Shown: positions 49,741 through 62,200 of the stretch, piece by piece | Layout: each line of letters opens with the position of its first letter | Position numbering within the stretch: position 1 is the stretch's first letter | Assembly (NCBI RefSeq): GCF_963921235.1 | Contig: NC_086106.1 | Span: forward strand, 19,282,001-19,346,000 | DNA length: 64,000 nt | Direction of reading: 5' to 3' | From: Mobula hypostoma | Taxonomy: Eukaryota | The notes under the pieces: model-generated | Told to the model about the DNA's origin: nothing | Databases searched by the model: none | The model's input: the letters and a program-made list of their open reading frames with translations, nothing else | Program-made: the position numbers and the translations under genes

Positions 49741-49869
49741 CTGATCGGAGGCAGGGATTAGGTTCAAAGGCAGAGGGAGGGAGCATTTTGAAGACGAGTA
49801 TCAGCGAGTTCCAGAGAGTCTGTCGAGTGAAATGGTCTGGATTCTCCTCAAGTTATGAAAGTATTTTCT

Positions 49870-50400
49870 GGGATACTCTTATTTCTATGGTGAAAGTGTG
49901 GATTATGTTGGTTGAGAGTGGAAAACAAACCGTTGATTGGCCGATTTAAGTGCCAAGAGAGATGAAAAAGATGAAGGCATTGAGGCTGAGTCAATGGACA
50001 AACCGGTATTCAGCTCACTTCTCGATGAGGCTTCACTCGCCTCAGCACTGAACTGACTCTGCAGCTGCGGCCTGCAGCCATCGGCACTCACCTCAGCACT
50101 GAGCCTGGCTCCACGGCCGTGGCCTGCAGCCATCGGTCTCCTGCACCGGTTGCAGTGCTGAACTGGCAACGTGGCTGTGGATTTACTTCAGGGGGCTCTG
50201 CGGTTCAGGATTTCTGTGGATTGTTTGTTTGAATTTTTTTATTGTTTGCACAATTTGTTTTTTTCACACATTGGATGTTTGACTCTGAATTCTATTGTGT
50301 TTCTTTGTTTTGTGACTGCCTGGAAGAAGAGAATCTCAAGGTTGTATATGGTGCACATACTTTGATAATAAATGTACTTTGTACTTTGAACTTTATCAGT
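49870..50400. mobile_element. Unclassified repeat inserted in the CH4-CH5 intron
   Basis: Interrupts the homology between the CH4 and CH4' downstream introns; ends in (GTACTTT)-like repeats and has an internal CGGCCTGCAGCCATCGG duplication. Confidence 0.5.
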
Positions 50401-50505
50401 TCACTCACATAACTAAACCAGGGCTGCACCATGATTTAGTGCTGACCTTGAATTCATAGCACAATGTAAACAATTTCAATAATGGGATGAGTCCCAGGAC
50501 CCTAC

Positions 50506-50823
50506 CTTGGACGTTCTTCACTTGCTTCTTGATACTGCTGTTGGAGGGGGGATGAATCACTGTACAGCTGAAGACTGATTCTGTCTTCCACTCCTGTAAA
50601 CTCACGGTCAGGAAGTGTCTGGCACTGAACGTCCACCCCTGCTCCAGAGCGGTCGGTGTAGCGCTGGTGTTGGAGGTGATCACGGTGCTGCCTTTCTTCC
50701 AAATGACATTTATTTGATCCGGGTAGAATCCAGAGACCACACACTCCAGTGTGGCAGTTTTCCAATTCTTGGTCTCTTCCTGAGGTGGAGGCAGCAGTCT
50801 GACCTTGGGACTTCTTATCTCGA
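50506..50823 (-). CDS. IgW: IgW CH4 exon
   Basis: 318 nt, phase 1-1; VEIRSPKVRLLPPP...TLECVVSGFYPDQI.V.W...FSCTVIH. Confidence 0.95.
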
Positions 50824-50911
50824 CTGGAATAGAAAAGAAAACAAAGGAAATGTCAAACATTTTGACTCAGGTAACTAATGCTGGCCATTTAATCGCTGGT
50901 CTCTTGCCCAC

Positions 50912-51214
50912 CTTTGGTACTATTGGTCCGTGCTGACACTCGGGAAGATGAAGGAGATTCCTGAGCAGAGCACTCGTACTCCACCCCACTGAACCACTCC
51001 TCCACACTGATCTGGAGTTCGCTGAGCACTCTGTATCGGGACCCGTCCCTCTCCGCTTGGTGGGTGCGAATTCCTTTAGTTTTCTCCTTCCCGCCCACGT
51101 GCCAAGAGATGTGGATATCTTCGGGATCTGTACAGATAACTGTGCACTTCACGGTAGCAGACTTGTTGATCCACATCTCTTCAGTGTTGGGATTTTGAAT
51201 AAAGACAGACAATT
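50912..51214 (-). CDS. IgW: IgW CH3 exon
   Basis: 303 nt, phase 1-1; ELSVFIQNPNTEEMWINKSATVKC...EWFSGVEYEC; donor G|gtgggc. Confidence 0.95.
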
Positions 51215-53235
51215 CTGTGGGTTAGAAATGGAAATGCTCAGAATCTTACTGGAGATATTTCCATTGGTTGTGTTAGGTCCAGGCAGATCATCAGTACAGG
51301 ACAGCTGCATTTAATGCAAACAGAATAACAGAAACACCCAGGGCTGAATCACGTCTCTCATATTCCTGTAAGTTTGATTGAGAAAAGAAATTCAGAACAA
51401 AGGATGTGCTAACGAGGTTCTCGAATCCCTTCCTAATAACTGTACCAATCGGTTCACTGTGAGATGGAGCTCTGTGAGACAGAGAAGCATGCAGATTTCT
51501 CAGCAGAGACACAGCTCAGTATATTCTTTGCTTGGAGAATCAGCCCATTGATTAGTAACAATGAACACTGTGAATCAATGAGAATCCTTTTCTCCATCTG
51601 GGCTGAGCCTGGGATTCACTCAGTTTAATAACTTCACATCCCGACATTCCAGTCTCACTGTGGCTGTGCCTCTCCTCATCTCTGCAAACTTCACCACCCA
51701 CACGAGCTTCAGACAACATCGTATCCTTTCAACTCTGCTCACTCATACACCTGCACTACTTCTGCTGGTGCCTGTGGTTTTAGCATTCTTGCTGACAAAC
51801 ACTGAAACCTCTGTCTCACTTGAAATGAGCAGCCATGGTCAGAGTGTATCCATAAGTTAGGGACTGATGAACTGGCAAAGTGGGTTCAAATCCCAACCCG
51901 GTGGATGGGAGTTTAGATTCAAGTCAGAAATGTTTTTTGGAATAAAAAGAAGACTACGGAGGTATTTGTAGTGTTATTCTCTGTGGTAATTTCCGGAGAG
52001 AAGTCTGGTCTGGTCTGGCTGGTTTGTGACTCCAGACCTGCAGCAACACGGCTGGAGCTGAATCACCATCAGGAATGAGGCAGCAAGTCCCTCAGTTCCA
52101 GAGAGATCAGTGATTGACGGGAAATGATAAATGAATAAAACAGCTCTTTGATCAAGTGTTGGGTCACCTGTCCTCTGGGTTAGTGTCAGTTTTGTGTGAT
52201 TGCACTCAAGTGAAGTTGTTGAGGTCGTCTCCCAATGCACTATCGTCAGTTCACTTACATTGCAGCTCTCTGCACTTTGTGTTCACCATTTACACACTCG
52301 GTCACCTTCAGGCACGTGGGGTGTTTTTGTTCTTTGACATTTAGTGTGGAGGCTGATTGTGTTTGTGTCATGGTTGAGACCTTCAATGAGACTGTGAGTC
52401 AGTGTCTTTGTCTGAAGAAAGAACAGACACCGTTCCAATCTGATTGGGATTGATCATTTGACAAAGTATGATGTAGATTTCTTAACCTTTCCCATTTCAA
52501 TAAGATTATGAGCAATTTTCTTTTAAAACAGAAAGTCCGTGGGTGTGGTCCAGATGATCATTATTCTCATGTAATATCACAAAGGCAAACCTAAGTGTGC
52601 ACTGAAGGGTCACTGAATTGTGAATCTTAGTTTAGTTGTGATGTTGCTGAACATGTTTTCTGCAGGTTTCTCAGTTATGCCCCATATCAGCATGGCCTTG
52701 ATGTTCAGCAGTCCCTGGGAAATGCGATCCCATCATAAAACCTGACCAAGTCAGGACCGCTCCCCTTGTTTCTGAATGCTGGTGTTATTCTACAAGAAGC
52801 ATATAATTCTGTCAATGCTTGGGTAATTCTATCAAAACATTCTCCTTTCTAACATTCCTTGGGATCACTGAGTTTCCCTCTTGGACTGAACTCAGTGTCC
52901 GGCACGTGGATCAATGTAACTTTAGCAATTTGTCTGATCCAGGATTTACACACAAAGCATGTCAGATTGGACAGGAGACTGGTTAGATCCCTGCGTCTTG
53001 TCTCACCAATTTATCTTGTGCCCAACATTATCAAAGGGTCATCCTTCCTTTGACCTAGTCAATTTGGAATCTCAGCCCCGTTCACCTTCATCACCTCATG
53101 CCTTACAGCCACTGGGTGAAAAACAGGTTCCAGTTCTTGCTGACTGGAGTCAGACAGGAGGGAATCTGGCCAAGGAAACTGGAATTGGGATCTGAGTCAC
53201 ACTGAAGCAACAATGTACACAAATGAATGAGTGTA

Positions 53236-53870
53236 TGGACAACCAGAAACACAGGAGATTCTACAGATGCTGGAAATCTTGAACAACACACACTAAGTGC
53301 TGGAGGAACTCGGCAAGTCAGGCAGCATCTATGGAGGGGAATAAACAGCCAATCTTTCAAGCCAAGTGGCTTCACCGGTACTGGAAAGGAAGTGGGCAGA
53401 AGCCAGAATAAGAAGGTGGGTGGAGTAGAGAGGAATACATTCTGTCAGATGAGTGGTGAGATCAAGTGAGGGGGAAAGTGTGTGGATGGGGGAGAGGGTA
53501 TGAATTAAGAAGCTGATAGGGGATAAGTGGAAGAGATAAATGGCTGAAACAGAAGGAATCTGACAGGACAGTGGACTATGAAGGAAAGTGCAGGAGGAGG
53601 GGAACCAAACGGAGATGATGGGCAGGTGAGGAGGAGTGACGGAATGCGGGTGTATCTAGTATGGGGAATAGAACAAAAGGGAGAATAAAGGAGTGCGGGG
53701 GGGGGATTACTGGAAGTTAAGAAATAAGTATTCATGCCATCAGGTTGGCAGATATCTGGATGGGATATGAAGTGTTGCTTCCCCAACCTGACTTCAGCCT
53801 CACCATGGCAGTAGATGAGGCCATGGACAGACATGTCAGAATGGGAATGGGAAGTCAAACTGAAACAGGT
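53236..53870. mobile_element. Penelope-like-derived non-autonomous repeat remnant
   Basis: GATGCTGGAAATCTTGA...AAGTGCTGGAGGAACTC..CAGGCAGCATCT terminus and degenerate internal sequence; related termini at about 16200-16420, 23990-24090 and 59690-59740. The family assignment is from memory. Confidence 0.5.
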
Positions 53871-54048
53871 GGCCACGAGGATAATAGAAAGTTGAATTGA
53901 AATGTGATTAGAGAGGTCGTCAGACTGAATCACTTGTTTTCTTCTCTCCTGTTAAACTTCCATCCCAATGGTTACCAGAGGCTGGTCTGGAATCCAGTAA
54001 ATGGATTGTAATAAAATTCAATAATGAATTGTAAACACAGCCAATCAC

Positions 54049-54054
54049 TTTATT
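54049..54054 (-). terminator. PolyA signal (AATAAA) for the short secreted form
   Basis: TTTATT on the plus strand, about 350 nt after the stop of the 54401-54468 exon. Confidence 0.6.
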
Positions 54055-54400
54055 TCACACTTTCCTGCTGAACAATGATATTGTTGGGTAGAACCATCGG
54101 AGAATGTTGCAGTGAGAGTACTCTGGTAAAAGAACATTGGCTTCGAAAAACTGCCGGGACCTGGAAACGGAAGATTCATAGATTTAAGTGTTAGATATTT
54201 TCACCTCTTTTCTCATGCTTGGGAAAAAGGGAGCCCCACATATTCCCACTTTCTATCCTCTGTAAATCACATCCTTTTGGGATGAGGTTATGTGATAATA
54301 ATAAATGCATGTTGTCTCTGAACCTGGTCGAGGATCTGAGGACACAAGGTCACAACATTCACTCGAGGATTGGGCATCAATTCAAAAATAATCCAGGCAT

Positions 54401-54468
54401 CTACATTTCAGTGAGCGGACAATTGACAGAAGAGTCTCTCAGGAAACATTGGAAACAGACTCGGGAGA
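54401..54468 (-). CDS. IgW: Cys-rich secretory tail exon after CH2 (VSRVCFQCFLRDSSVNCPLTEM*), short IgW form
   Basis: Acceptor ctctgcaattttgtatttgcttcag|, phase 1, 373 nt after the CH2 donor; 3 Cys; downstream AATAAA. Short IgW/IgX forms are known to end in a Cys-rich tail after CH2. Confidence 0.75.
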
Positions 54469-54841
54469 CTGAAGCAAATACAAAATTGCAGAGATATTTT
54501 TTTGAGGAACTAACACTGAGAAGACAGTGAAAAGGGAACAGGGATATCTTCTCCAGATGGTAAAGCTTGGGATGTGGGCTTTGCTCAATAAATTATTTTC
54601 ATTATAACTACAAACAGAGACAACTAAAATTATTGAGACGGAATGGACAGGTGACCTAATCTCACACCTTTCCTGCCCAGTAGATGGGATTAAAGCTGCT
54701 GGTGATATGAGTTGATTCAATGTGCAAAGATGAACTGTACATCACTCAACAAGATTGACAGTAGGGACAGAAATTTGTGAGAGTATCAGTTAATTAGTTT
54801 AGTACTGTAAGATAATTAATTTTTCTTCACACATCACTCAC

Positions 54842-55141
54842 CCTCTTGATACGTCATGTTGACCTGACCACTGAAACCGGAAGCTGCGTGATTCACTTCA
54901 CAAGTATATTCCTGTTTCTTGGTCCATTCCTGCACAGGCACTGTCAGGTAAGAGATTGTTTCAAATGTACCACCAGATCTCGGAGTGGAAGGGAGAACGA
55001 TGCCTTCTTGGGCAGATCCAGCTTTCTTCCAGGATACTTTAACATTGTCAGGAGAGAATCCAGATATCACACAGCCCAGGACAGCATTTATTTGACTGTG
55101 GATTGCCTCCCGGGATGGAACAAGGGAGCTGAGCTTCGGAG
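54842..55141 (-). CDS. IgW: IgW CH2 exon
   Basis: 300 nt, phase 1-1; PKLSSLVPS...AVLGCVISGFSPDNVKVSW...YTCEVNH; donor G|gtgagt. Confidence 0.95.
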
Positions 55142-56013
55142 CTGTAACACATTTAATGTCTGTCAGTACATGATTGCTTTGCCCATGTTTTAGACTTCAT
55201 TCCCCCTCATCCCGGGCAAGTTCCCCAATTCCAGCCTCTCAAGAATGCTGTTAATTTACAGCTGATCTGATGGCTCACACCAGTGAGTGGGAGGGCTGAG
55301 TGTATAATTTGGGCCTCCCAGCAGTGTGTCCCACTGTGCTATGATAATGCAGAGAGGTGGGTCATGGGGTTGAAGTACAGACCTGCCATGATCTAATTGT
55401 TTACTGGAGAATGACAGATAGCAGCTCCTGTGAGCAGGAGTACATGGTGTGGTACTGTTTCCACTGGCAAATTTGGGAAACACAATTTTAGGTTCAATGG
55501 GAAAGAAGAACAGATGGACAGGAGGAAATTATTTTGTTGTAACTGCAAAGGCTTGTTCAGATCTGTGAGAAGATGGTTAAAGAAGGGCAGTGGAGTGGAT
55601 TCCTCCATCACATTCACAAGGGATTGCTTTTACCAGAAGAGGGGCAGCTGCAGGGTGGGGGCTGGATGTGCAGGAGGAGTGGGGTAAAGTGTAATTTGTT
55701 GTTCTGTGTGCAAGGGTACGATGGGCCAGTGGTCTCTGTATGTGTACAGGAGCTGATCTGTAGGGAGGGTTTAGTGGGAGGGGGTGGTGGAGAGGCTACT
55801 GAAATTAGACAATGGAGCGGATACAATGGAGGCAGATCCTGATACTGAGTTTCACTGCCCATGTCAGCTTTCATACGTTTTTTCACTGCTGTTGAAAGAG
55901 CAGAATAAAGGAGTTAATTGCCATGCTCCTGCATTATCTGACAAAGCTTCCTACTCCAGATTTATGCTCTGACATCGGTGCAGCTTTCAATATAAATTAT
56001 TTCTGATACTAAC

Positions 56014-56310
56014 GTTGAGGTTGAGGTTTCTGCCACTCCGATGTCACACTCCCCGCCTTGCAGGAGTAGACTTTATTCTTCCAGTCTGCCGCAGAGACTT
56101 CGAGCAAGCTGCTCATTGTGTACTTTGAATTTTGCCCCAACACCGCCGGGTATTTCTTGATTCCAGTGGTGATGACCCCACTGTTAGTGGACCATGTCTG
56201 ACTGATGCTCTCAGGCTGATAGTCCTTGACCAGACAGAGGAGGCTGATCTTTTGGTCAGATTCTGTGTTGCAGGAAGGAGTGATGTAGACTGATGGCAAG
56301 GACGTGACCT
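56014..56310 (-). CDS. IgW: IgW CH1 exon
   Basis: 297 nt; acceptor ttttttttccatttcag|; [15 protein letters not shown] (extra Cys at the light-chain-bonding position, so a conventional H chain rather than IgNAR)...[17 protein letters not shown]...YSCKAG; donor C|gttagt. Confidence 0.93.
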
Positions 56311-56439
56311 CTGAAATGGAAAAAAAATCTCAGATGGTTCTCTGAATAAATGCATTACTGGTAGAGAAAGGAGATGTTATATAAAGCAGTAATTTTCAAA
56401 ATTATTCACCCCATTAAACAAAGCCGATGTCACTTTAAC

Positions 56440-56600
56440 ACTGAGCTGTGAGTCTGTGTTGCTGAGGTAGGAGGGTGTGGATCAATCCCACAGTGGCAAC
56501 TTGGACACACAATCCAGGCCAACACTTCAGTGCAGGACTGAGGCAGTGACCCAATGTCTGATTGGTCGGATTTCAGTCAAAATACCAAAGTGACAATCTG
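56440..56600 (+). repeat. DeuSINE-like remnant
   Basis: GGGTGTGGATCAATCCCAC...ACAATCCAGGCCAACACTTCAGTGCAGGACTGAGG resembles the recalled tRNA head/Deu-domain junction. Confidence 0.5.
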
Positions 56601-59600
56601 GCTCTCCTCCAAATACAATTCCTGATTTGGAGAAGCCTGTTAGCACTTGATCAATGAAGTTTACAAAAAAAGTAAGATTCAGAAGTAACTTATTTGAATA
56701 ATTCTGATGTGTTCAGTGTTGCTGGTGATGAGAGGAGTGATCGGTGTGGATATAGTGGTACCGAGTCTCCAGCACCATGTGTGCAATATAGTGGAGGTTG
56801 GGAAATGGACTCTGCTTCTGAAATTCAACTCAACAGACTACATGATGCAGCTGACACTGCCTCACATATTTACCGTGTGTGACTGAGCAAGAATTCCAAC
56901 CCCACTGAGCCTGTGGAAACTACTGGCTAACCGGGAGGGAATGGTAACTTGCATCAGAAAGGACAGAGGAACTGTGGAAATATATTTGCCCAGACTCTGT
57001 GGAGAAGTGTCGGACAGCACAACCGACAGTGACGATGAGATTCCTGGGCAGATGGAGAAATCTCAAAATGTCATTAGATGTAGGTGATATTCTCAGTGAA
57101 AAACCAGCCCGGAGAGTCCAGTGAGGAAATGCAGGTTGTGGCAATTCCCAACCAGTTAACGTGCAAAATACACTTGAAAGCACCGGTTCTCAATTCATTT
57201 CACTGGAAAAGGAGATGTGTTGACTTACCAAGGTAGGTAAAAGTGTCAGGATCAATCAATTAATTGACCAATTGACACTTTGACAGGTGGATACATTGAA
57301 GAGATATGGTTTGACCAGTTGTCAGAATTACCTTGAGCAGTGTTGTGAACGGGGTTTGTTCTGACCCACTGACGAGACATCATTTGCCTCATGATTGACT
57401 CTGTCAGTGACAGATTGTTGCTGGTGGATGAGGTTAAAATCACCCAAAAAGACTGTATGGACACAGCAGAACATGCAGGAACTCTGGGAGTAGGAGACTA
57501 GTGGGAGAGTATGTGTCAGACAGTGTGAATTGCAGTAGATGAGGGCTTTGTTATCCAACAGTAAGATGGTCAACAGACACACACAGGCTTCAGATCGATT
57601 CTGCTATCGGAAGGGCAGCAAACTCAACATTTGGAGTGGAAGTGGAGTGGTCACAATTTCAATCCGAAGCAAAATAATGAAATATTCACTTCACATTCAT
57701 CACTCTGGGATGAATGGCATAAAGTATTGAATTCTGGGTTTCAAATAGAATAAATATAAATCAATAACCATAACAAGTAGATAGGAATCGATATAATGTA
57801 ACTGGTCAGTAATGACAGCTGCATTGTTTCGAACCATTTCCAGGTGACACTGGGGACTGTGAACTCAGAACATTTACCTTCCTGAGTAAACACAGGTGAT
57901 TCAGGTTGACAGGACAGGCAGAGCAGAGAAATGGTCCCTTTCTCATTCCTTTCACACTGAGCCTGAAACAACCAGTGAAATGCTGATGTCAGACTCCCCA
58001 TCGGGGACACAACTTCTGTGAAACAGCAGGACAAGCTGACCTGTGCTGTGGGTGAAGTGTCACAGGAGAGAAAACACAGGGCACGGTGCCAACTGGACCA
58101 TGTCCACACAGACTGGGCTGAGTGGTGCTGGTTCTAACCCGCTGGGACTCTCCCCTCACTGCTACACAGGGGAAGGTGGGACTTTGATGGGCTTCTGGGT
58201 GCTGGAGGGTGGTGGTGAGGTGTATCGGTGCCTCAGCATTAAATAGCCTCAAGCAGCTCCCTGCTGGGACTCTGGACTCTGGGTCCAGAACTCCCTGATG
58301 CTTGGTGCCTGGAAGTAGGTACAGAGGAGATGCAAGGGGTAATTTTTTTACGCAGAGAATGGTGATTGCATGGAATGGGCTGCTGGTGATGGTGGTGGAG
58401 GCAGATACAATAGGGTCTTTTAAGAGACACCTGGATAGGTACATGGAGCTTAGAAAAATAGAGGGCTATGGCTAACCCTAGGTAATTTCTAAAGTAAGTA
58501 CATGTTTGGTACAGTGTTGTTGGCTGAAGGGCTCGTATTGTGCTGTATGTTTTCCATGTTTCTATGCTTGGTAATTGTGGGGACGGGATTGTCTTGTGTG
58601 AATGCTGTCATGTAATTTAACAGGTTTGAAATGTCTGGGAAACATTAGAGTTGATGTAAATTCCTGTGGCAGCAATTAATTTAACATATTTTGCTTAAAA
58701 TCATAAATCTGAAATGCATTAAAATATAATAATCAGCCAGAAATTATTCCTGATTAAATCCCTTCCCAAGGCTCAGAATCCCCAGTCAGATGAATGGGAA
58801 ATGTGATCCTTTGTCAGGTCTGGCCTGTTAGGGAAATGTGGAGGTGGATTTCCCAGTGTTACCCTGTGAATTCCAGTAGGACCCGGTGTCATGTGATAGA
58901 GTGTGGTAACAGCTCTGGTGGCATCTGTCACTCAGTAAATCCCGGGGTACAGTGGTCTGTGGAACTCTGTGACTGACTCCAGTGTACGTGGCTGAACACT
59001 GGTGATTCCCTTTGGAATTGCCAGTCACAGCCAGCACCATTTCACCCACACTATCCTCAGCCTCCCAGGTGCACAGTGGCTCAGGAACGGGCTGGTCAGC
59101 TGAAGTCTGAGGACCCTCACTGCTCTTTATCGACATTAACCCCTGAAAACAACGGAATTGCTGCACCAAGGACCTGGGACCATTTGGACGACCTACAACC
59201 AACTCGTGTCTGTCTATTCATCTACTGCACAATCAGGATTCAGATGAGGAGTTCCCAGTGGTGGGGAGCTCTAGGAATTGTAGGCTAAAAGTAACCATTC
59301 CCTTCCAACATCACCCAGACTAGATTGTCATGTTGTAGTTCAGTTTGTGGGAACAAGATGCAGACAAGTTGGATGTTTATTTCCCTATATGAAACGGGAC
59401 ACTGCAGAAGTACTTGCTGGGTTCAGAAAAGCTCTGGAATGTGCTGGGGTAACAGAAGTCTATGAAAAACACTTGTTTTCATCAAAATAAATTCAGTAAA
59501 ATAAAACTGGAAACAGCGTAGTTGCCAGAAATCAGACTGACAGAGTCTGGTGAAAGGTCACTGATGTGAAACATTAACTCTGTTCCTCACCCACAGATGT

Positions 59601-59814
59601 TCCCTGAGCTGTTCGGTGTTGGCAGTGCAGGAGGCACAATAATGTCAGTCGGTGAGATGTGCATCTGAGGAACTTTTACGTCCTGGAACCGATCTTTTCC
59701 ACAGATACTGCCCGACCTGCTGAGTTCCTCCAGCGTGTTGTGAGGTGGTAAGTACAGTTCTGTCTGGATCAGTGTTCCTCTGAGTCTTCATAAAAACACC
59801 CATCAAACTGACAG

Positions 59815-60138
59815 CAGGGTGCTGGGGTGAAGAGAGGAACTGGATCTGGGTGTGTCACAGGGTGCTGGGGTGAAGAGAGGAACTGGATCTGGGTGTGTCA
59901 CAGGGTGCTGGGGTGAAGAGGGGAACTGGATCTGGGTGGGTCACAGGGTGCTGGGGTGAAGAGGGGAACTGGATCTGGGTGGGTCACAGGGTGCTGGAGT
60001 GAAGAGGGGATCTGGATGTGTCACAGGGTGCTGGGGTGAAGAGGGGAACTGGAGCTGGGGGTGTCGCAGGGTGCTGGGGTGAAGAGGGGATCTGGATGTG
60101 TCACAGGGTGCTGGGGTGAAGAGGGGAACTGGATCTGG
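59815..60138. repeat. G-rich minisatellite: 43/37-bp units, 7 full copies plus 1 partial
   Basis: Unit CAGGGTGCTGGGGTGAAGAG(A/G)GGAACTGGATCTGGGTG(T/G)GTCA; unit starts at 59815, 59858, 59901, 59944, 59987 (37 bp), 60024, 60067 (37 bp), 60104 (partial). Confidence 0.97.
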
Positions 60139-60539
60139 CAGGATCAGCTCAGAAGAAATTTGCAATGAAATGACACTTGGGTATTTGTAAAAAATGATTG
60201 ATATTGAGTCAGTAGATCAGGGGAGATGGTCTGATCTTAGTCTGTATTGTAGTGAGTGGATCCAACATTGGGCAGTATGAACAACAGATGGGCAATTTTA
60301 TTTATTCATCTTTTGGGATCTGGGCTTTGCCGGTAAAGACTGAATGAATTACACATCTGAGCTGCCATTCAGAGGGCATTTGGAGACAATAGCATTGATG
60401 GGTCAGGAGTAATAAATAGCCTCGAAGGGTAAGGATGAGAGATCTCCTTCCCTGAGGGATATCAGTAAAACTGAAGGGTCATCATTACTAATGACTAGAT
60501 TTAAAAACAATGCCAATTATTAAGATGCTAATTATTAAG

Positions 60540-62200
60540 GGAAACAAGTAGTGAGATCATGGAAACTGTACAGATTGAAAAGGAGGAGGTGCTTGCTGTA
60601 TTGAGGAAAATTAAAGTGGATAAATCCCCGGGATCTGACAGGGTGTTCCCTCGGACCTTGAAGGAGACTAGTGTTGAAATTGCGGGGGCCCTGGCAGAAA
60701 TACTTAAAATGTCGCTGTCTACAGGTGAGGTGCCGGAAGATTGGAGATTGTTGTTCATTTGTTTAAAAAAGGATCGAAAAGTAATCCAGGAAATTATAGG
60801 CCGGTAAATTTAACGTTGGTAGTAGGTAAGTTATTGGAGGGAGTTCTAAGAGACAGAGTCTACAAGCATTTGGATAGACAGGGACTTATTAGGGAGAGTC
60901 AACATGGCTTTGTGCATGGTAGGTCATGTTTGACCAATCTATTGGAGTTTTTCGAGGAGGTTACCAGGAAAGTGGATGAAGGGAAGGCAGTGGATATTGT
61001 CTACATGGACTTCAGTAAGGCCTTTGACAAGGTCCCGCATGGGAGGTTAGAAAGGAAAATTCAGTCGCTAGGTATACATGGAGAGGTGGTAAATTGGATT
61101 AGACATTGGCTCAATGGAAGAAGCCAAAGAGTGGTAGTAGAGAATTGCTTCTCCGAGTGGAGGCCTGTGACTAGTGGTGTGCCACAGGGATCAGTGCTGG
61201 GTCCATTTTTATTTGTCATCTATATCAATGATCTGGATGATAATGTGGTAAATTGGATCAGCAAATTTGCTGATGATACAAAGATTGGAGGTGTAGTAGA
61301 CAGTGAGGAAGGTTTTCAGAGCCTGCAGAGGGACTTGGACCAGCTGGGAAAATCAGCTGAAAAATGGCAGATGGAGTTTAATACAGACAATTGTGAGGTA
61401 TTGCAGGTTGGAAGGACAAACCAAGGTAGAATATACAGGGTTAATGGTAAGGCACTGAGGAGTGCAGTAGAACAGAGGGATTTGGGAATACAGATACAAA
61501 ATTCCCTAAAAGTGGCGTCACAGGCAGATAGGGTCATAAAGAGAGCTTTTGGTACATTGGCCTTTATTAATCAAAGTATTGAGTATAAGAGCTGGAATGT
61601 TATGATGAGGTTGTATAAGGCATTGGTGAGGCTGAATCTGGAGTATTGTGTTCAGTTTTGGTCACCAAATTACAAGAAGGATATTAATAAGGTTGAAAGA
61701 GTGCAGAGAAGGTTTACAAGGATGTTGCCGGGACTTGAGAAACTCAGTTACAGAGAAAGGTTGAATAGGTTAGGACTTTATTCCCTGGAGCATAGAAGAA
61801 TGAGGGGAGATTTGATAGAGGTATATAAAATTATGATGGGTATAGATAGAGTGAATGCAAGCAGGCTTTTTCCACTGTGGCAAGGGGAGAAAAAAACCAG
61901 AGGACATGGGTTAAGGGTGAGGGGAGAAAAGTTTAAAGGGAACATTAGTGGGGGCTTCTTCACATAGAGAGTGGTGGGAGTATGGAATGAACTGCCAGAC
62001 GAGGTGGTAAATGCGGGTTCTTTTTTAACATTTCAGAATAAATTGGACAGATACATGGATGGGAGGTGTATGGAGGGATATGGTCCGTGAGCAGGTCAGT
62101 GGGACTAGGCAGAAAATGGTTCTGCACAGCCAAGAAGGGCCAAAAGGCCTGTTTCTGTGCTGTAGTTCTTCTATGGTTTCTATGGTTTCTATGTTGGAAA
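60540..62200 (+). mobile_element. 5'-truncated CR1-type LINE with a largely open RT frame
   Basis: ORF 60741-61967 (408 aa: NYRPVNLT, YMDFSKAFDKVPH, SGVPQGSVLGP, KFADDTK); tail (TTTCTATGG)n. Confidence 0.93.

Noticed and set aside
47853-51214. Assignment of the locus as IgNAR
   Set aside because: These exons resemble IgNAR C2-C5, but two further upstream domains, including a CH1 with a light-chain-type Cys and a post-CH2 Cys-rich tail, indicate IgW.
52393-52421. Alternative tail exon after CH2 (DKDTDSQSH*) behind a good pyrimidine acceptor
   Set aside because: No Cys and no polyA signal found on the minus strand; the 54401-54468 exon fits the known short-form tail much better. Not excluded as a minor exon.
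59941-60165. ORF with repeated PAPCD/HPSTL motifs
   Set aside because: Simply a translation of the minisatellite.
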